Below, piece by piece: positions 43,395 through 53,646 of a stretch of 64,000 nucleotides of DNA. The DNA lies in the NCBI GenBank assembly GCA_047284725.1, contig JBJBEO010000001.1:1944203-2008202 (forward strand), read 5' to 3'. Made by a program: the position numbers and the translations under genes. The stretch comes from Synechococcus sp. Lineage in GTDB: Bacteria > Cyanobacteriota > Cyanobacteriia > PCC-6307 > Cyanobiaceae. Position 1 is the first letter of the stretch, and each line of letters starts with the position of its first letter. The notes below the pieces were generated by a model, which was not told the DNA's origin, did no database searches, and saw only the letters and a program-made list of their open reading frames with translations.

Positions 43395-44201
43395 ATGGCC
43401 CAGTTGCTGCTGCGTGGCGAGCTTCTGGGAACCATCGACGGGGTGCTGTTCGACAAGGACGGCACCCTTTCCCATAGCGAGCCTCGCCTAGTCGAACAGG
43501 GACGCAGTCGTATTGAGGCAGCTTGTCAGTGCTGGATGGCGACGTCTTCTACCAGCATGGTCATTGACCAAGCTCCCGCAACCGAGCAACTGCGGCAGCT
43601 GCTCCAAAAGGCCTATGGCATCAGTGGCCAACACGTCAGTCCCGACGGGTTGCTGGCGGTGGCATCCCGTCAGCACAATCTTGTGGCGACAGCGACGGTT
43701 TTCAGCCTGCTGGGCCACAGCTGGCCGCAAGCCCTGGTCTTGGCCACAGAGAGTTTTCGCCAGGCCTCAGCGGCAAGACATTCCCGTGACTCAAGCCAGG
43801 ATGGATCCGCACCAAGCGCGCTGCTCCCGGCTGCACGGGAATGCCTGGATCAATTGCAAGCCGCAGGAGTGATCTGTGCCGTGATCAGCAATGACACAAG
43901 GGCTGGGATTGAAGCCTTCCTGAAGCACCACGGGCTGGACAGCCACATAACAGCTCTCTGGAGTGCGGAAGACCTCCCCAGCAAACCCAACCCCGGTGCC
44001 GTCCACGCCCTATGCGACCAACTGGGCCTGGATCCCGGTCGTTGCGCGCTGATCGGGGATGCCGATTCAGATCTGTTGATGGCCCGTGAAGCCGGCATTG
44101 GCCATGGTCTCGGTTACGTGGCTGGTTGGGAGCACTGCCCAAACCTCAGCGCCCACGATCATTTGATCCGCCACTGGAGCGAACTTGAGGTCGCCACCTG
44201 A
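43395..44201 (+). CDS. HAD-family hydrolase
   Basis: [13 protein letters not shown] and IGDADSDL motifs. Confidence 0.88.
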   Translation: MAQLLLRGELLGTIDGVLFDKDGTLSHSEPRLVEQGRSRIEAACQCWMATSSTSMVIDQAPATEQLRQLLQKAYGISGQHVSPDGLLAVASRQHNLVATATVFSLLGHSWPQALVLATESFRQASAARHSRDSSQDGSAPSALLPAARECLDQLQAAGVICAVISNDTRAGIEAFLKHHGLDSHITALWSAEDLPSKPNPGAVHALCDQLGLDPGRCALIGDADSDLLMAREAGIGHGLGYVAGWEHCPNLSAHDHLIRHWSELEVAT

Positions 44202-44250
44202 CCAGCCCGCCAGGATTGAGTCGTACTCTTGGCCCAAGTATGGATACCTA

Positions 44251-45477
44251 ATGAGTCAGCACGTTTTCACCTCCGAGTCGGTCACCGAAGGGCATCCCGA
44301 CAAGATCTGTGACCAGGTCAGTGATGCGGTTCTGGATGCACTTCTGGCTCAGGATCCCTCCAGCCGCGTGGCCTGCGAAACGGTTGTGAACACCGGTCTC
44401 TGCATGATCACCGGTGAGGTGACCTCCAAGGCGCAAGTGGATTTCATCTCCCTGGTGCGGAGCGTGATCAGGGAGATCGGCTACAGCGGTTCCCGGGCCG
44501 GTGGATTCGATGCCAACAGTTGTGCGGTGCTGGTGGCACTGGATCAGCAGTCTCCCGACATTGCCCAGGGTGTGGATGAAGCTGATGACCACGCCGGGGA
44601 TCCCCTGGATCTCGTCGGTGCTGGGGACCAGGGCATCATGTTCGGCTACGCCTGCAACGAAACGCCCGAGCTGATGCCACTACCCATCAGCCTGGCGCAC
44701 CGTTTATCGCGCCGTCTGGCGGAAGTGCGTCACAACGGCACCCTCGACTACCTGCTGCCTGATGGCAAAACCCAGGTGAGTGTTGTTTACGAAAACGATC
44801 GCCCCGTCGCCATCGACACGATCCTGATCTCCACGCAACACACGACTGACGTGGCAGGGCTGACCGATGAGCCAGGGATCCGCGAAAAGATCAGCTCAGA
44901 CCTCTGGACCCACGTGGTCGAGCCAGCCACTGCAGATCTGAGTCTGAAGCCGATCGCCGGCACCACCAAATATCTCGTGAATCCGACGGGCAAATTTGTG
45001 GTGGGTGGCCCGCAGGGGGATGCTGGTCTCACCGGCCGCAAAATCATTGTCGACACCTACGGTGGCTACGCACGCCACGGCGGTGGAGCCTTCTCCGGCA
45101 AAGACCCCACCAAGGTGGACAGATCCGCCGCCTATGCAGCCCGCTACGTGGCCAAGGCCCTCGTGGCAGCAGGCTTGGCAGAACGTGCCGAGGTTCAGTT
45201 GAGTTACGCCATCGGGGTCGCCAAACCGGTGTCGATCCTCGTGGAATCCTTCGGCACCGGCACAGTCTCCAACGCGGAGCTCACCTCACTGGTTCAGAAG
45301 CACTTCGATCTACGCCCAGGCGCAATCATCGAAAGCTTCGGCCTGCGCAACATGCCCCAACAGAGAGGAGGGCGCTTCTATCAAGACACCGCTGCCTACG
45401 GTCACTTCGGTCGCCCAGATCTCAACTTGCCCTGGGAAGACGTCGCCGAGAAGGCAACGAGCCTCCAGCAAGGATGA
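44251..45477 (+). CDS. metK: S-adenosylmethionine synthetase
   Basis: [19 protein letters not shown] and GGGAFSGKD motifs. Confidence 0.98.
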   Translation: MSQHVFTSESVTEGHPDKICDQVSDAVLDALLAQDPSSRVACETVVNTGLCMITGEVTSKAQVDFISLVRSVIREIGYSGSRAGGFDANSCAVLVALDQQSPDIAQGVDEADDHAGDPLDLVGAGDQGIMFGYACNETPELMPLPISLAHRLSRRLAEVRHNGTLDYLLPDGKTQVSVVYENDRPVAIDTILISTQHTTDVAGLTDEPGIREKISSDLWTHVVEPATADLSLKPIAGTTKYLVNPTGKFVVGGPQGDAGLTGRKIIVDTYGGYARHGGGAFSGKDPTKVDRSAAYAARYVAKALVAAGLAERAEVQLSYAIGVAKPVSILVESFGTGTVSNAELTSLVQKHFDLRPGAIIESFGLRNMPQQRGGRFYQDTAAYGHFGRPDLNLPWEDVAEKATSLQQG

Positions 45478-45481
45478 CGTC

Positions 45482-46714
45482 ATGACGCCACTGGCTCTGG
45501 GGATCGACCTCGGCACCAGCGGCGTCCGCATCGCGGTGATCACGCGGGGTGGAGATCTTCTCCACACAGAAGCCACGACCTACCACCGTGGACTGAACGA
45601 CCCTTCCGACTGGCTGCGCTGCTGCACAACGCTGATTCGGACCATCCCCGAATCATTGCGTTTACGGATCCACACCCTGAGCATCGACGGAACGTCAGGC
45701 ACGCTTCTGGCGTGCGATGCCGCGGGCAATCCCCTGGGCGGTGCCCTTCCCTATAGCCTCGCCTTTCCGGAGCACTGCGAAGAGCTGCATGCCTTGGTGC
45801 CTGAAGGAGGCCCCGCCGCAAGCAGCAGTGGCAGCCTGGCCAGAGCCTTGACGCTGATCCAGCTCCACGGTGACGACATCCTGCTGCGACACCAAGCCGA
45901 CTGGATGAGCGGCTGGCTCCTCCAGAACTGGTCCAGCGGGGAAGAAGGCAACAATCTGCGCTTGGGGTGGAATCTGCTGGTTCGTGGTTGGCCCGCATCC
46001 TTCGCCCAACAGCGCTGGGCCAAAGCTTTGCCGTTGATCTGCGCCAGCGGCCATGTGATGGGACGTATTGATGGTGACGTCGCTCGAGAGCTAGGGCTCA
46101 GAGAAAGCGTCAGCATCGTTGCGGGCACCACCGACTCCAACGCAGCCGTTCTCGCCGCCGATCCTGGCGACAGCGAGGGCATCACCGTGCTGGGCAGCAC
46201 CGTGGTTGTGAAATGCTTCAGCGACGCACCGCTCATTGGAGCAGGTATCACCAACCACCGCGTGGGAGGCCGCTGGCTCTGCGGAGGTGCCTCCAACACA
46301 GGCGGAGCTGTTCTGCTTCAGCAGTTTCCGGGCATCGACCTTGATGAGCTCAGTCGCCAGATCGATCCAGAGCAGGCCAGCGGGCTGGATTACTGGCCAT
46401 TGACAGGCCAGGGCGAACGCTTCCCGATCGATGACCCGCTGCTCATGCCACGTCTCACACCAAGGCCGGTGAGTGACGCACTCTTTCTGCATGGCCTCCT
46501 GGAGGGAATGGCCAGAATCGAAGCACAAGGATGGAAACGCCTGATGGCGCTGGGGGCTAACACTCCCCGTCGGGTGATCACTCTGGGAGGCGGTGCACGC
46601 AACCCGCAGTGGCGGCGAATCCGTGAACGCATCATCGGGTGTCAGGTCACGCGTTGCCTGACACCTCCTGCAGCTGGTGTGGCCCGTCTGGCCCTGCCTC
46701 ACCTCAAGGATTGA
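45482..46714 (+). CDS. FGGY-family carbohydrate kinase (D-ribulose kinase-like)
   Basis: GIDLGTSG, DGTSGT, GTTDSNAA, GGASNTGG and GGGARN motifs. Confidence 0.87.
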   Translation: MTPLALGIDLGTSGVRIAVITRGGDLLHTEATTYHRGLNDPSDWLRCCTTLIRTIPESLRLRIHTLSIDGTSGTLLACDAAGNPLGGALPYSLAFPEHCEELHALVPEGGPAASSSGSLARALTLIQLHGDDILLRHQADWMSGWLLQNWSSGEEGNNLRLGWNLLVRGWPASFAQQRWAKALPLICASGHVMGRIDGDVARELGLRESVSIVAGTTDSNAAVLAADPGDSEGITVLGSTVVVKCFSDAPLIGAGITNHRVGGRWLCGGASNTGGAVLLQQFPGIDLDELSRQIDPEQASGLDYWPLTGQGERFPIDDPLLMPRLTPRPVSDALFLHGLLEGMARIEAQGWKRLMALGANTPRRVITLGGGARNPQWRRIRERIIGCQVTRCLTPPAAGVARLALPHLKD

Positions 46715-46764
46715 GCAACGGAAGCTGATCCTGGAGAATCAAGGGGCTTGCGCTGCAGTGAACC

Positions 46765-46878
46765 ATGCCCACAAAATTGCGCGATGCTCTGGCGATCGCT
46801 CTGTTTGTTGTTCTGGCGGGCTACGTCACCTTCAGCGGCATTCGCCTCGGGCTGCTGCTCTGGCAGCGGTTCGGCTGA
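46765..46878 (+). CDS. 37-aa membrane microprotein
   Basis: MPTKLRDALAIALFVVLAGYVTFSGIRLGLLLWQRFG*. Fills the gap between co-oriented genes. Confidence 0.7.
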   Translation: MPTKLRDALAIALFVVLAGYVTFSGIRLGLLLWQRFG

Positions 46879-46914
46879 GCGCCACCCTCTTTCGTTCCCC
46901 TTGCTCCTTCACCA

Positions 46915-47187
46915 ATGGCTGCAGATCCCCTCACCACCGCCGTCAGCGAGCGCATCTGCCGGCACATGAATGATGACCACAGTGATGCGGTGTTGCGCTT
47001 TGCACAGCATTACGGAGGTCTCAGCACGGTTCAATCAGCAACCATGACAGCGGTGCGCCCTGATGCCATGGAGCTTGCTGTGGATGGAACCACCATTGAA
47101 ATCAACTTTGATCACACCCTGACCGACAGCGAAGACGCTCACCGAACGTTGGTGGCCATGCTGAGGGCCATGCCATCGGCGGAATGA
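46915..47187 (+). CDS. DUF2470 (HugZ-like) protein
   Basis: RICRHMNDDH...AHRTLVAM. Confidence 0.85.
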   Translation: MAADPLTTAVSERICRHMNDDHSDAVLRFAQHYGGLSTVQSATMTAVRPDAMELAVDGTTIEINFDHTLTDSEDAHRTLVAMLRAMPSAE

Positions 47188-47231
47188 TTGGCAGGTCGTA
47201 GGGGAATGCTTATGACTGCAGTCCCCGCGCC

Positions 47232-47903
47232 ATGTTCGGACCCATCCTCGTTGGGCTGGTTGAAATCCTGGCTCAGCCCTGTTGCATCCTCTGCCATCAA
47301 CCGCTGGATCCTGTTCAATCCCAACACGAGGTCTGTTCATCGTGTTGGAGCAACATCGGCCTGCCCACCCAGCCGTTGCAAGGCAACGATCCCCTGCACT
47401 GGATCGCGGCCGGGAGCTATGCGGGTCGATGGCGCTCCATGGTGCTGATGTTACGCAGAACACGCAATCTGGCCATGGTGCGCGTCCTGAGCCTCCAGCT
47501 GCGTGAGCTCCTACCCAAGGACACCGTTCTCGTACCGGTACCGAGCTGGAAACAGAACAATCGTGCCAACCCTTTACCGAAACTGCTGGCGATCGCACTG
47601 CAACGTCCATCGATGGGTTTACTGAAACGCACGACAGCCTGCTTCCCGCAGCACGGACTGCATCGACAACAACGTTGGCAGAACAGTCAAGGCACGATGC
47701 GTTGCAGCTCGACCGCAAAAAACACCGTGAACTGGAGCAAGCACCGGGCTTGGATTGTGGATGACATCCTCACCACCGGCGCAACAGCGTGTGCAGCAGC
47801 TGAAGCCTTGCGAAATGCCCATGTTCCCGTAGGAGGGGCCGTTTGCCTCGGCCGAACGCCAAATCGCTGGTCACAGCTTGGAACAACGCAAAGCACCCAG
47901 TGA
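47232..47903 (+). CDS. comF: ComF-family phosphoribosyltransferase-like protein
   Basis: N-terminal CxxC/CxxC, LVPVP and IVDDILTTGAT. Confidence 0.85.
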   Translation: MFGPILVGLVEILAQPCCILCHQPLDPVQSQHEVCSSCWSNIGLPTQPLQGNDPLHWIAAGSYAGRWRSMVLMLRRTRNLAMVRVLSLQLRELLPKDTVLVPVPSWKQNNRANPLPKLLAIALQRPSMGLLKRTTACFPQHGLHRQQRWQNSQGTMRCSSTAKNTVNWSKHRAWIVDDILTTGATACAAAEALRNAHVPVGGAVCLGRTPNRWSQLGTTQSTQ

Positions 47904-47933
47904 TCTATACTTTCGCTGTCGCTAAGGCGACGG

Positions 47934-48006
47934 GCCGGGATAGCTCAGTTGGTAGAGCAGGCGACTGAAAATCGCCGTGTCCCCAGTTCAAATCTGGGTC
48001 CTGGCA
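47934..48006 (+). tRNA. tRNA-Phe(GAA)
   Basis: GGCGA-CT-GAA-AA-TCGCC arm. Marks the 5' border of the phycobilisome rod region. Confidence 0.97.
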
Positions 48007-48021
48007 TTTCGCCTCACAAGC

Positions 48022-48243
48022 ATGGATAAAGTTTTTAATAATGCCGACAGCCTTGCCATGGCATTTGATGATGCTTGGCGCAACCAGCTAAAGAACAAGA
48101 ATTTCTTAGATCTATCGACACAAGAACGCAAACGCTATTTATTCGAGAACTGCATCAAGGAACATCCCTTCCTAACAAATAGCCCCGAAGAAGCCAGTCA
48201 AGTCGCCGATTTCAGAATCCGACTATTAGGGCTCGACCAATAG
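48022..48243 (+). CDS. Conserved hypothetical protein (unk1-like of the PBS region)
   Basis: NADSLAMAFDDAW...HPFL...QVADFRIRLL and its position next to tRNA-Phe. Confidence 0.8.
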   Translation: MDKVFNNADSLAMAFDDAWRNQLKNKNFLDLSTQERKRYLFENCIKEHPFLTNSPEEASQVADFRIRLLGLDQ

Positions 48244-48270
48244 CAGAACCGAAGACCACCGCCAGCGTCA

Positions 48271-48684
48271 TCAGGCAGTCATCGAATCATATTCAGGCTC
48301 ATCGACATACACAGTTTCCAACAATTCCTCTTCCTCATGGTGCTGGCAATCACCAATCCCACCACCGATCGGATCAGCCTTCGAATCCTGCTCGCATTCA
48401 ACAAGTGACAAGTCAGGCGCAGCTGAAGAGGCGCTGATCACAGGATCCTCGACGGCCAGGAGCTCCTTGAGATCACCGAGGCGACCGCCAACTGCATCCA
48501 AGAGTTCAGCCAAACCCTCAGATTCCATGGCCAGAGAGACTCCCTTAACAGAAGAATCCAGGGCATCCAGACGACTTTCAAGCTCAAGCAGCCGCAAAGC
48601 AAGGCCCTCACACACTTGAGTGACAACCTGCATCTGTCGACAGAGCTGCCGAAGGAGTCGCTCATCAAGCCCATGCGAGTCCAT
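48271..48684 (-). CDS. Coiled-coil hypothetical protein (unk2-like)
   Basis: LRLLELESRLDAL heptads, acidic tail and position. Confidence 0.7.
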   Translation of the reverse strand: MDSHGLDERLLRQLCRQMQVVTQVCEGLALRLLELESRLDALDSSVKGVSLAMESEGLAELLDAVGGRLGDLKELLAVEDPVISASSAAPDLSLVECEQDSKADPIGGGIGDCQHHEEEELLETVYVDEPEYDSMTA

Positions 48685-49294
48685 ACCTGACGCTCCCGAA
48701 AGACCGCTCGAATCGTATCGATTCAAAGAAGAGTGTCCAGCACCATCGCCGGCCCTGGCAACATGGCAAGTGTGACAACGTCAGGCTTGCGCCTGGTCCA
48801 GACTCCCACCACTCCCAGCAGACTCCCGGGAATGACCGCGTCCTTAGCTCGACTGACACAACAGCTCAGCGCGAGCTTCAGCAACCAAAGTCAGAGGTTC
48901 AAAACTCCCTCTTTGCACGGAAACATCCTTGCAAGCTTTCGCCCCCTGCCTCACTTTCAATCAGCATCCCTATTGCTGGAGCAGGCCAACAGAGTCGCCT
49001 CAAACGAATCCTATGAAATTCGAGCTTTTAACTCGAAAAGCTTCTGCGCAAGGCCTGGCAATTGAAAACAATGAAGTCTTACCTTGCCAGCAGCGTTCAG
49101 CTCTTCTCACAAGCGATGGGCCACTGCATGTGGATATGACACGATACAGCACTAACAACGCCTGCAGCCCCGCGGAAGGCCAAATTCTTTTTGAGAAACG
49201 CAGAATCCTTCCAACAAAAGGACGGGCAAAGTAGTTCAGCCATCAATCCAATCGCAGACCGGGACCAAATCAAGCAATTCAAACCACAAGTACC

Positions 49295-49702
49295 ATGACA
49301 TCAATCGAGAAACTGATTCAATCAGCCGACGAAAATAGTGAGATTATTCATGCAATTGATCAATTTCGCTTTCGAATTGATCTCAAGCCAGATGACTTGA
49401 GACTATGGTCAGAAACCTTACGATCCCGCAAAGAGAGATGCAATCTTCTTCTCGCCTGCGAGCATGGCGATGGAGCTATCGAGCACACTGCGCTGACATG
49501 GGTTGTTGGGGCAGCGATCCGCCCTTTTTATGTTCAATCTCCTGAAGACGTAGGTCCTCTTCTGGCAAGCCTTGGAGTGAACAATGCCCTAGCGAGCAAA
49601 CTCCCAAACTTTTGCCCAGGCCTTGGAACAGAGCTGACATGGGCCTTTTACCTCGACCGCAGCGGAGCCTTAAGCGCATCTCCTGTGCCACGGAATTCCT
49701 AA
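49295..49702 (+). CDS. Conserved hypothetical protein (unk3-like)
   Basis: NLLLACE, LTWVVGAAIRP and CPGLG motifs. Directly upstream of aplA. Confidence 0.75.
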   Translation: MTSIEKLIQSADENSEIIHAIDQFRFRIDLKPDDLRLWSETLRSRKERCNLLLACEHGDGAIEHTALTWVVGAAIRPFYVQSPEDVGPLLASLGVNNALASKLPNFCPGLGTELTWAFYLDRSGALSASPVPRNS

Positions 49703-49709
49703 ATCTGTC

Positions 49710-50288
49710 ATGAACACTGCCGAAGACCGCACCACCATCAGACAAATTATCAGCAAAGCGCAGGTTTGTGGCCTCCAAAACAATCCCGCAGTAGATGATC
49801 TGTCTCGATCATTAATTCGAACTGCCGACCAAGAGAAGCGCATGCTAACAGACGTGGAAATCATCTCGATCTGCACACACTCATCTACCAACCCAACGGC
49901 CATCAGCTCAACAATCAGGAATGCTGCACATTACGTTGATCGCTGCAAGCAAACACTGGTTACTGAACAACCCCAGCTCTTTCAAGAGGGAGGAGCCTTG
50001 CATCCAGTCGAACGATCAGAGGCCTGCTGGCGGGATTGCTGGAATTTTCTACGTGTCGCCAGTTATGCGATGGCGGTCGGCACGCCTCAATGCACGGACA
50101 CCGCAGGTATTCGATTCGTTCGCCAGCTCTATGAACTGATGAATGTTCCTGTTTCAGGCATGAACCTTGCTCTTAGCGCACTGTCTCAAATGATCACAAG
50201 AGACCTACGGCGTCAAAACCATCAAGCCGAAGCCGAATGCATCGCCATGGCTTTCACCGAAATGAGAAGAGCTCTTTACAAAGATTAA
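49710..50288 (+). CDS. aplA: Allophycocyanin-like protein
   Basis: Phycobiliprotein fold signature ADQEKR..GGALHP..RSEACWRDCWNFLR. Confidence 0.8.
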   Translation: MNTAEDRTTIRQIISKAQVCGLQNNPAVDDLSRSLIRTADQEKRMLTDVEIISICTHSSTNPTAISSTIRNAAHYVDRCKQTLVTEQPQLFQEGGALHPVERSEACWRDCWNFLRVASYAMAVGTPQCTDTAGIRFVRQLYELMNVPVSGMNLALSALSQMITRDLRRQNHQAEAECIAMAFTEMRRALYKD

Positions 50289-50381
50289 GCAAACACCTGA
50301 TACATTATTCCGGCCCAAGAAGGCTGATCGCGTACATAAAGGCGAGAATGCCACCAAGTATTTGTACTCACCGCGGCTGCC

Positions 50382-51128
50382 ATGGCTCTGCCTCTTCTGA
50401 ATTACCCCCTGGAAACTCAGAACTCCCGCGTCAGCAACCTCGCCGGAGACGCCAGCACCGTTCGCAACCAGTTCCAAGGCTCCAGCAGTGCAGGGAGCGA
50501 GGGTGCACGGGGCACCGTTGCCGATCTGATTGAAGCGGCCTATCGGCAGGTCTTCTTCCATGCGATGCGCTGCGACCGCGAACCTTTTCTCGAATCACAA
50601 CTGCGGGCAGGCAACATCACCACCCGTGATTTCATACGAGGATTGCTGCTGTCGGAACGATTTCAGCAGGGCTATTACCAGTGCAACTCAAACTACCGAA
50701 TGGTGGATCAAGTGGTGGGTCGTGTGCTCGGTCGCTCGGTACACGGCGATACTGAGCGCCGCGCCTGGTCGATCGTGATTGCATCACAAGGCTTCACCGC
50801 ATTCGTCGACCAACTCCTCAACAGCGAGGAATACATGGCGAGCTTTGGCTACGACTTAGTCCCACAACAACGGTCGCGCGTTCTACCAGGTCGTTCCGTG
50901 GGTGAAACCCCGATCTATCAGCAATTTCCTCGCTACGGTAGCGATTGGCGAGATCAGCAATGGGAGCAGAATCTACAGACAAGACCTGAGGACAGCAACC
51001 TCACAGCTGCTTGGACGACACCACCAGCGTGGGTTACCAAAATTTGGCTGGGTCTTGCTGTGATTGGAGGCATCGAAGTCACACGAATTCTCCTCATTAT
51101 TGCTTCCGAAATGTACGGAACTCGCTAG
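50382..51128 (+). CDS. cpcL: Rod-membrane linker CpcL (CpcG2)
   Basis: MALPLLNY..QNSRV, LESQLRAGNIT linker domain and a hydrophobic C-terminal helix. Confidence 0.88.
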   Translation: MALPLLNYPLETQNSRVSNLAGDASTVRNQFQGSSSAGSEGARGTVADLIEAAYRQVFFHAMRCDREPFLESQLRAGNITTRDFIRGLLLSERFQQGYYQCNSNYRMVDQVVGRVLGRSVHGDTERRAWSIVIASQGFTAFVDQLLNSEEYMASFGYDLVPQQRSRVLPGRSVGETPIYQQFPRYGSDWRDQQWEQNLQTRPEDSNLTAAWTTPPAWVTKIWLGLAVIGGIEVTRILLIIASEMYGTR

Positions 51129-51561
51129 TTGAGACGAGCCAACAGACCTTAACGATTAGCGACGACAGCCAGCCTCTCTATATAAATTGAGAGTCCGGAT
51201 TGATTGCTTGGAGACTTGGCGGAAATTCAAAGCAGGTGGAACGATAAATATCCTAGTCATCCGCCCGCATAAAACTAGTTCATAGGAGCACGTAGACCAC
51301 AACAAAATGTGCTCATAAATCAATTTGACCGATCAGGAAAGACACAGCGAAAACCAGAGGAAGTGAGTTCAATCAAGGCCTAGCCTGATGGCGAAAAACA
51401 TCAAAGCCAGGGACAACAGCCTCGCGATAAGAGCTCTGGCGCTATTAATAACTCCGAAGAGGAGGCTCCAGAAAACATTTTGTTGCGAACCAGCAACACT
51501 GACCGAACGAAATCATGGCAAGCCGTAGGATCCTTAATAGAAACGCCTCCCAGAGTCAAGA

Positions 51562-52464
51562 ATGGTTGCCATCAAGCCGACCCGCGATTTCACAAGCCTC
51601 AACAGAGTTTCATACGCCGCCAGAAATGAGGGGAAACTTAAGCAAGGCAAGGCAATCAATGTTTACAGAGAAGAAGTCGAGAAGAACGCGCTCCTCACAC
51701 GCATAGGCCTGCCATCGAGCAGTATGCATGCCTTCAAAGAAAACACCTGCAACGCCATGGGCCTTGGCATGGGCCCAAGGGTTCATAGCGAGTGCCCCTT
51801 CAGCACAGTTGCTGAACAGTTCGCTGCCACAGGGAGCGATGCACTGAGTTCAACAATCTCTGCGACCTACAAGCAAGTTCTCGGCAACTTGGGGCCCACA
51901 AGCAGCCAGCGTTGCACCGAACTCGAATCAAGGCTCTGCAATGGGGATATCACAGTACGAGACTTTGTTGCTGGCCTAGCCAAGTCAGACCTCTACAAGC
52001 AGAATTATTTTTTCAAGGTTTCTCCCATCCGTGGCGTAGAACTCACTTACAAGCATCTGTTGGGGCGTCCTCCCATCAACCAAGCAGAGGTCAGCTCTGC
52101 CATCAGTCTGATTGCAGAGCAAGGTTTCGACGCCTTTGTCGAGCACATCACCCACTCAGGCGAGTATCTCGAAGTGTTCGGAACACAGACTGTTCCCTAT
52201 CCACGAGCCTGGACATCTGAAGCAGGCAAATACTGCTCAACATTTGTCAACTTGGCTCGGATCTCTCCGGCCAATGCGGCCTCAGACGTAATCATCGAAG
52301 GCCGTAGCCAGCTCGTGATGGAATTCAGCAATGCCCGCAGCATTAGCGGCGCTAGCAAGGGCTACGACGTGAGCGGGTTCGTTTACTCCAAAGCAACCAG
52401 CGATCCGACGTCTGGGGCGTTCCGCAGGATGTACCAATCCAAAAACTGCAAATCATGGGCTTGA
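51562..52464 (+). CDS. mpeE: PEII-associated rod linker (MpeE-like; MpeE/F/G subtype not certain)
   Basis: CNAMGLGMGPRVHSECPF chromophore-type extension plus linker domain. Confidence 0.7.
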   Translation: MVAIKPTRDFTSLNRVSYAARNEGKLKQGKAINVYREEVEKNALLTRIGLPSSSMHAFKENTCNAMGLGMGPRVHSECPFSTVAEQFAATGSDALSSTISATYKQVLGNLGPTSSQRCTELESRLCNGDITVRDFVAGLAKSDLYKQNYFFKVSPIRGVELTYKHLLGRPPINQAEVSSAISLIAEQGFDAFVEHITHSGEYLEVFGTQTVPYPRAWTSEAGKYCSTFVNLARISPANAASDVIIEGRSQLVMEFSNARSISGASKGYDVSGFVYSKATSDPTSGAFRRMYQSKNCKSWA

Positions 52465-52527
52465 AACAAGCCAAGGCATTAACTATCTGAATACCTTAAA
52501 AGATAGTTCTCACAATGTCTTGATTGA

Positions 52528-52560
52528 AAGCACCGGATCACTCAAGATCCGGTGCTTTTT
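52528..52560 (+). terminator. Intrinsic terminator
   Basis: AAGCACCGGATC-N6-GATCCGGTGCTT plus T-tract. Confidence 0.85.
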
Positions 52561-52744
52561 AGTGATCCTATGACGACCCTTATCTAAAGGCTTCAACAAG
52601 CACGGCACTGGAGCGAACGCATCAAGAAATCAGCCCATTGCAGAAGATCAGGGTGATGATCGACCATCAACTACCGGCACAGGAACGGAGGGTAACCCTT
52701 CACAAGCTCTGAGGTTTGAAGACTTGGGTTAGTATGAGAACAAC

Positions 52745-53467
52745 ATGAACAAGAGAGCTGGATTACCTGTGAAAGATCCTGAATCGTTGAATCTTTGGGA
52801 ATGGTCGCCCCCTGAGGATGCAAGAACAAATGACCTCGACCAAAAGCCTCTCGATGCAAGAGGGGCGAACTGGAATAACAAAGATTTGGGGACAGCAGAC
52901 TTACGAGAAGCTCAGCTCTGCCGATGCGATATCAGGGGTGCGAACCTCAGTTTATGTCAGCTCGAAGGAGCGGATCTTCGACTTGCACTTTACGACCATC
53001 AGACAAATGTGCCTGAAGACTTTGAACTCCGAACAAGTGGGGCAGTCGGACCCGGCGCAAAACTCAATGGAGCATTCCTCAATAATAGTGATCTACGAAC
53101 AATGGATCTCAGAGGAGCAGTGCTTCTAGGTTCCTATTTGAGTGGAGCTGATCTCAGTGGGGCAATCCTTGACGGTGTCTCCATGGCTGGGTCGGATTTA
53201 CGATCAGCAAACCTGCGAGGTGCCATGTGTCGTGGGACCCGCTTCGGCACCTGCGAAATGCAGATGGTTGACATGAGAGGATGCGATCTAGAGCAGGCCT
53301 CATTGGACACGGTCGAATCGATCAAAGGTGCTGATTTTTCCTTCTGTACTGGGCTGGAGCAAGGGCAAATTGAAGCACTGCTTGCCAGAGATGCAGAAGA
53401 GTTGGATTGCTGGAACCCCTTGACCAGAACAACAACCCGGAAAAGCCTGGAATCGTTACTCGCTTGA
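52745..53467 (+). CDS. Pentapeptide-repeat protein (unk5-like)
   Basis: Multiple A(D/N)LxG repeats. Confidence 0.88.
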   Translation: MNKRAGLPVKDPESLNLWEWSPPEDARTNDLDQKPLDARGANWNNKDLGTADLREAQLCRCDIRGANLSLCQLEGADLRLALYDHQTNVPEDFELRTSGAVGPGAKLNGAFLNNSDLRTMDLRGAVLLGSYLSGADLSGAILDGVSMAGSDLRSANLRGAMCRGTRFGTCEMQMVDMRGCDLEQASLDTVESIKGADFSFCTGLEQGQIEALLARDAEELDCWNPLTRTTTRKSLESLLA

Positions 53468-53646
53468 AACTGAGCCTATTGATACAAGGCGAGACCAGAG
53501 AGCCAGGAGTCGCTGGACGACCCATCGCAGACACGGAACTGTCATGTCACGCAACATTAGGACATACTTGATTGAGGTTTATAAAGAAGCAGGCCTCTCA
53601 CGGCGCTTCTGAAGGAGCATGGTCAGGCGAAAACGCGAGTACCTTC

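Noticed and set aside
39850..43475. Long antisense ORFs opposite psbB (434 aa) and rpsA (408 aa)
   Set aside because: They are codon-bias shadows of highly expressed GC-rich genes with no protein motifs.
48733..49282. Short ORFs and ACTCCC mini-repeats between unk2 and unk3
   Set aside because: No motif, RBS or consistent repeat period was found. Treated as intergenic.
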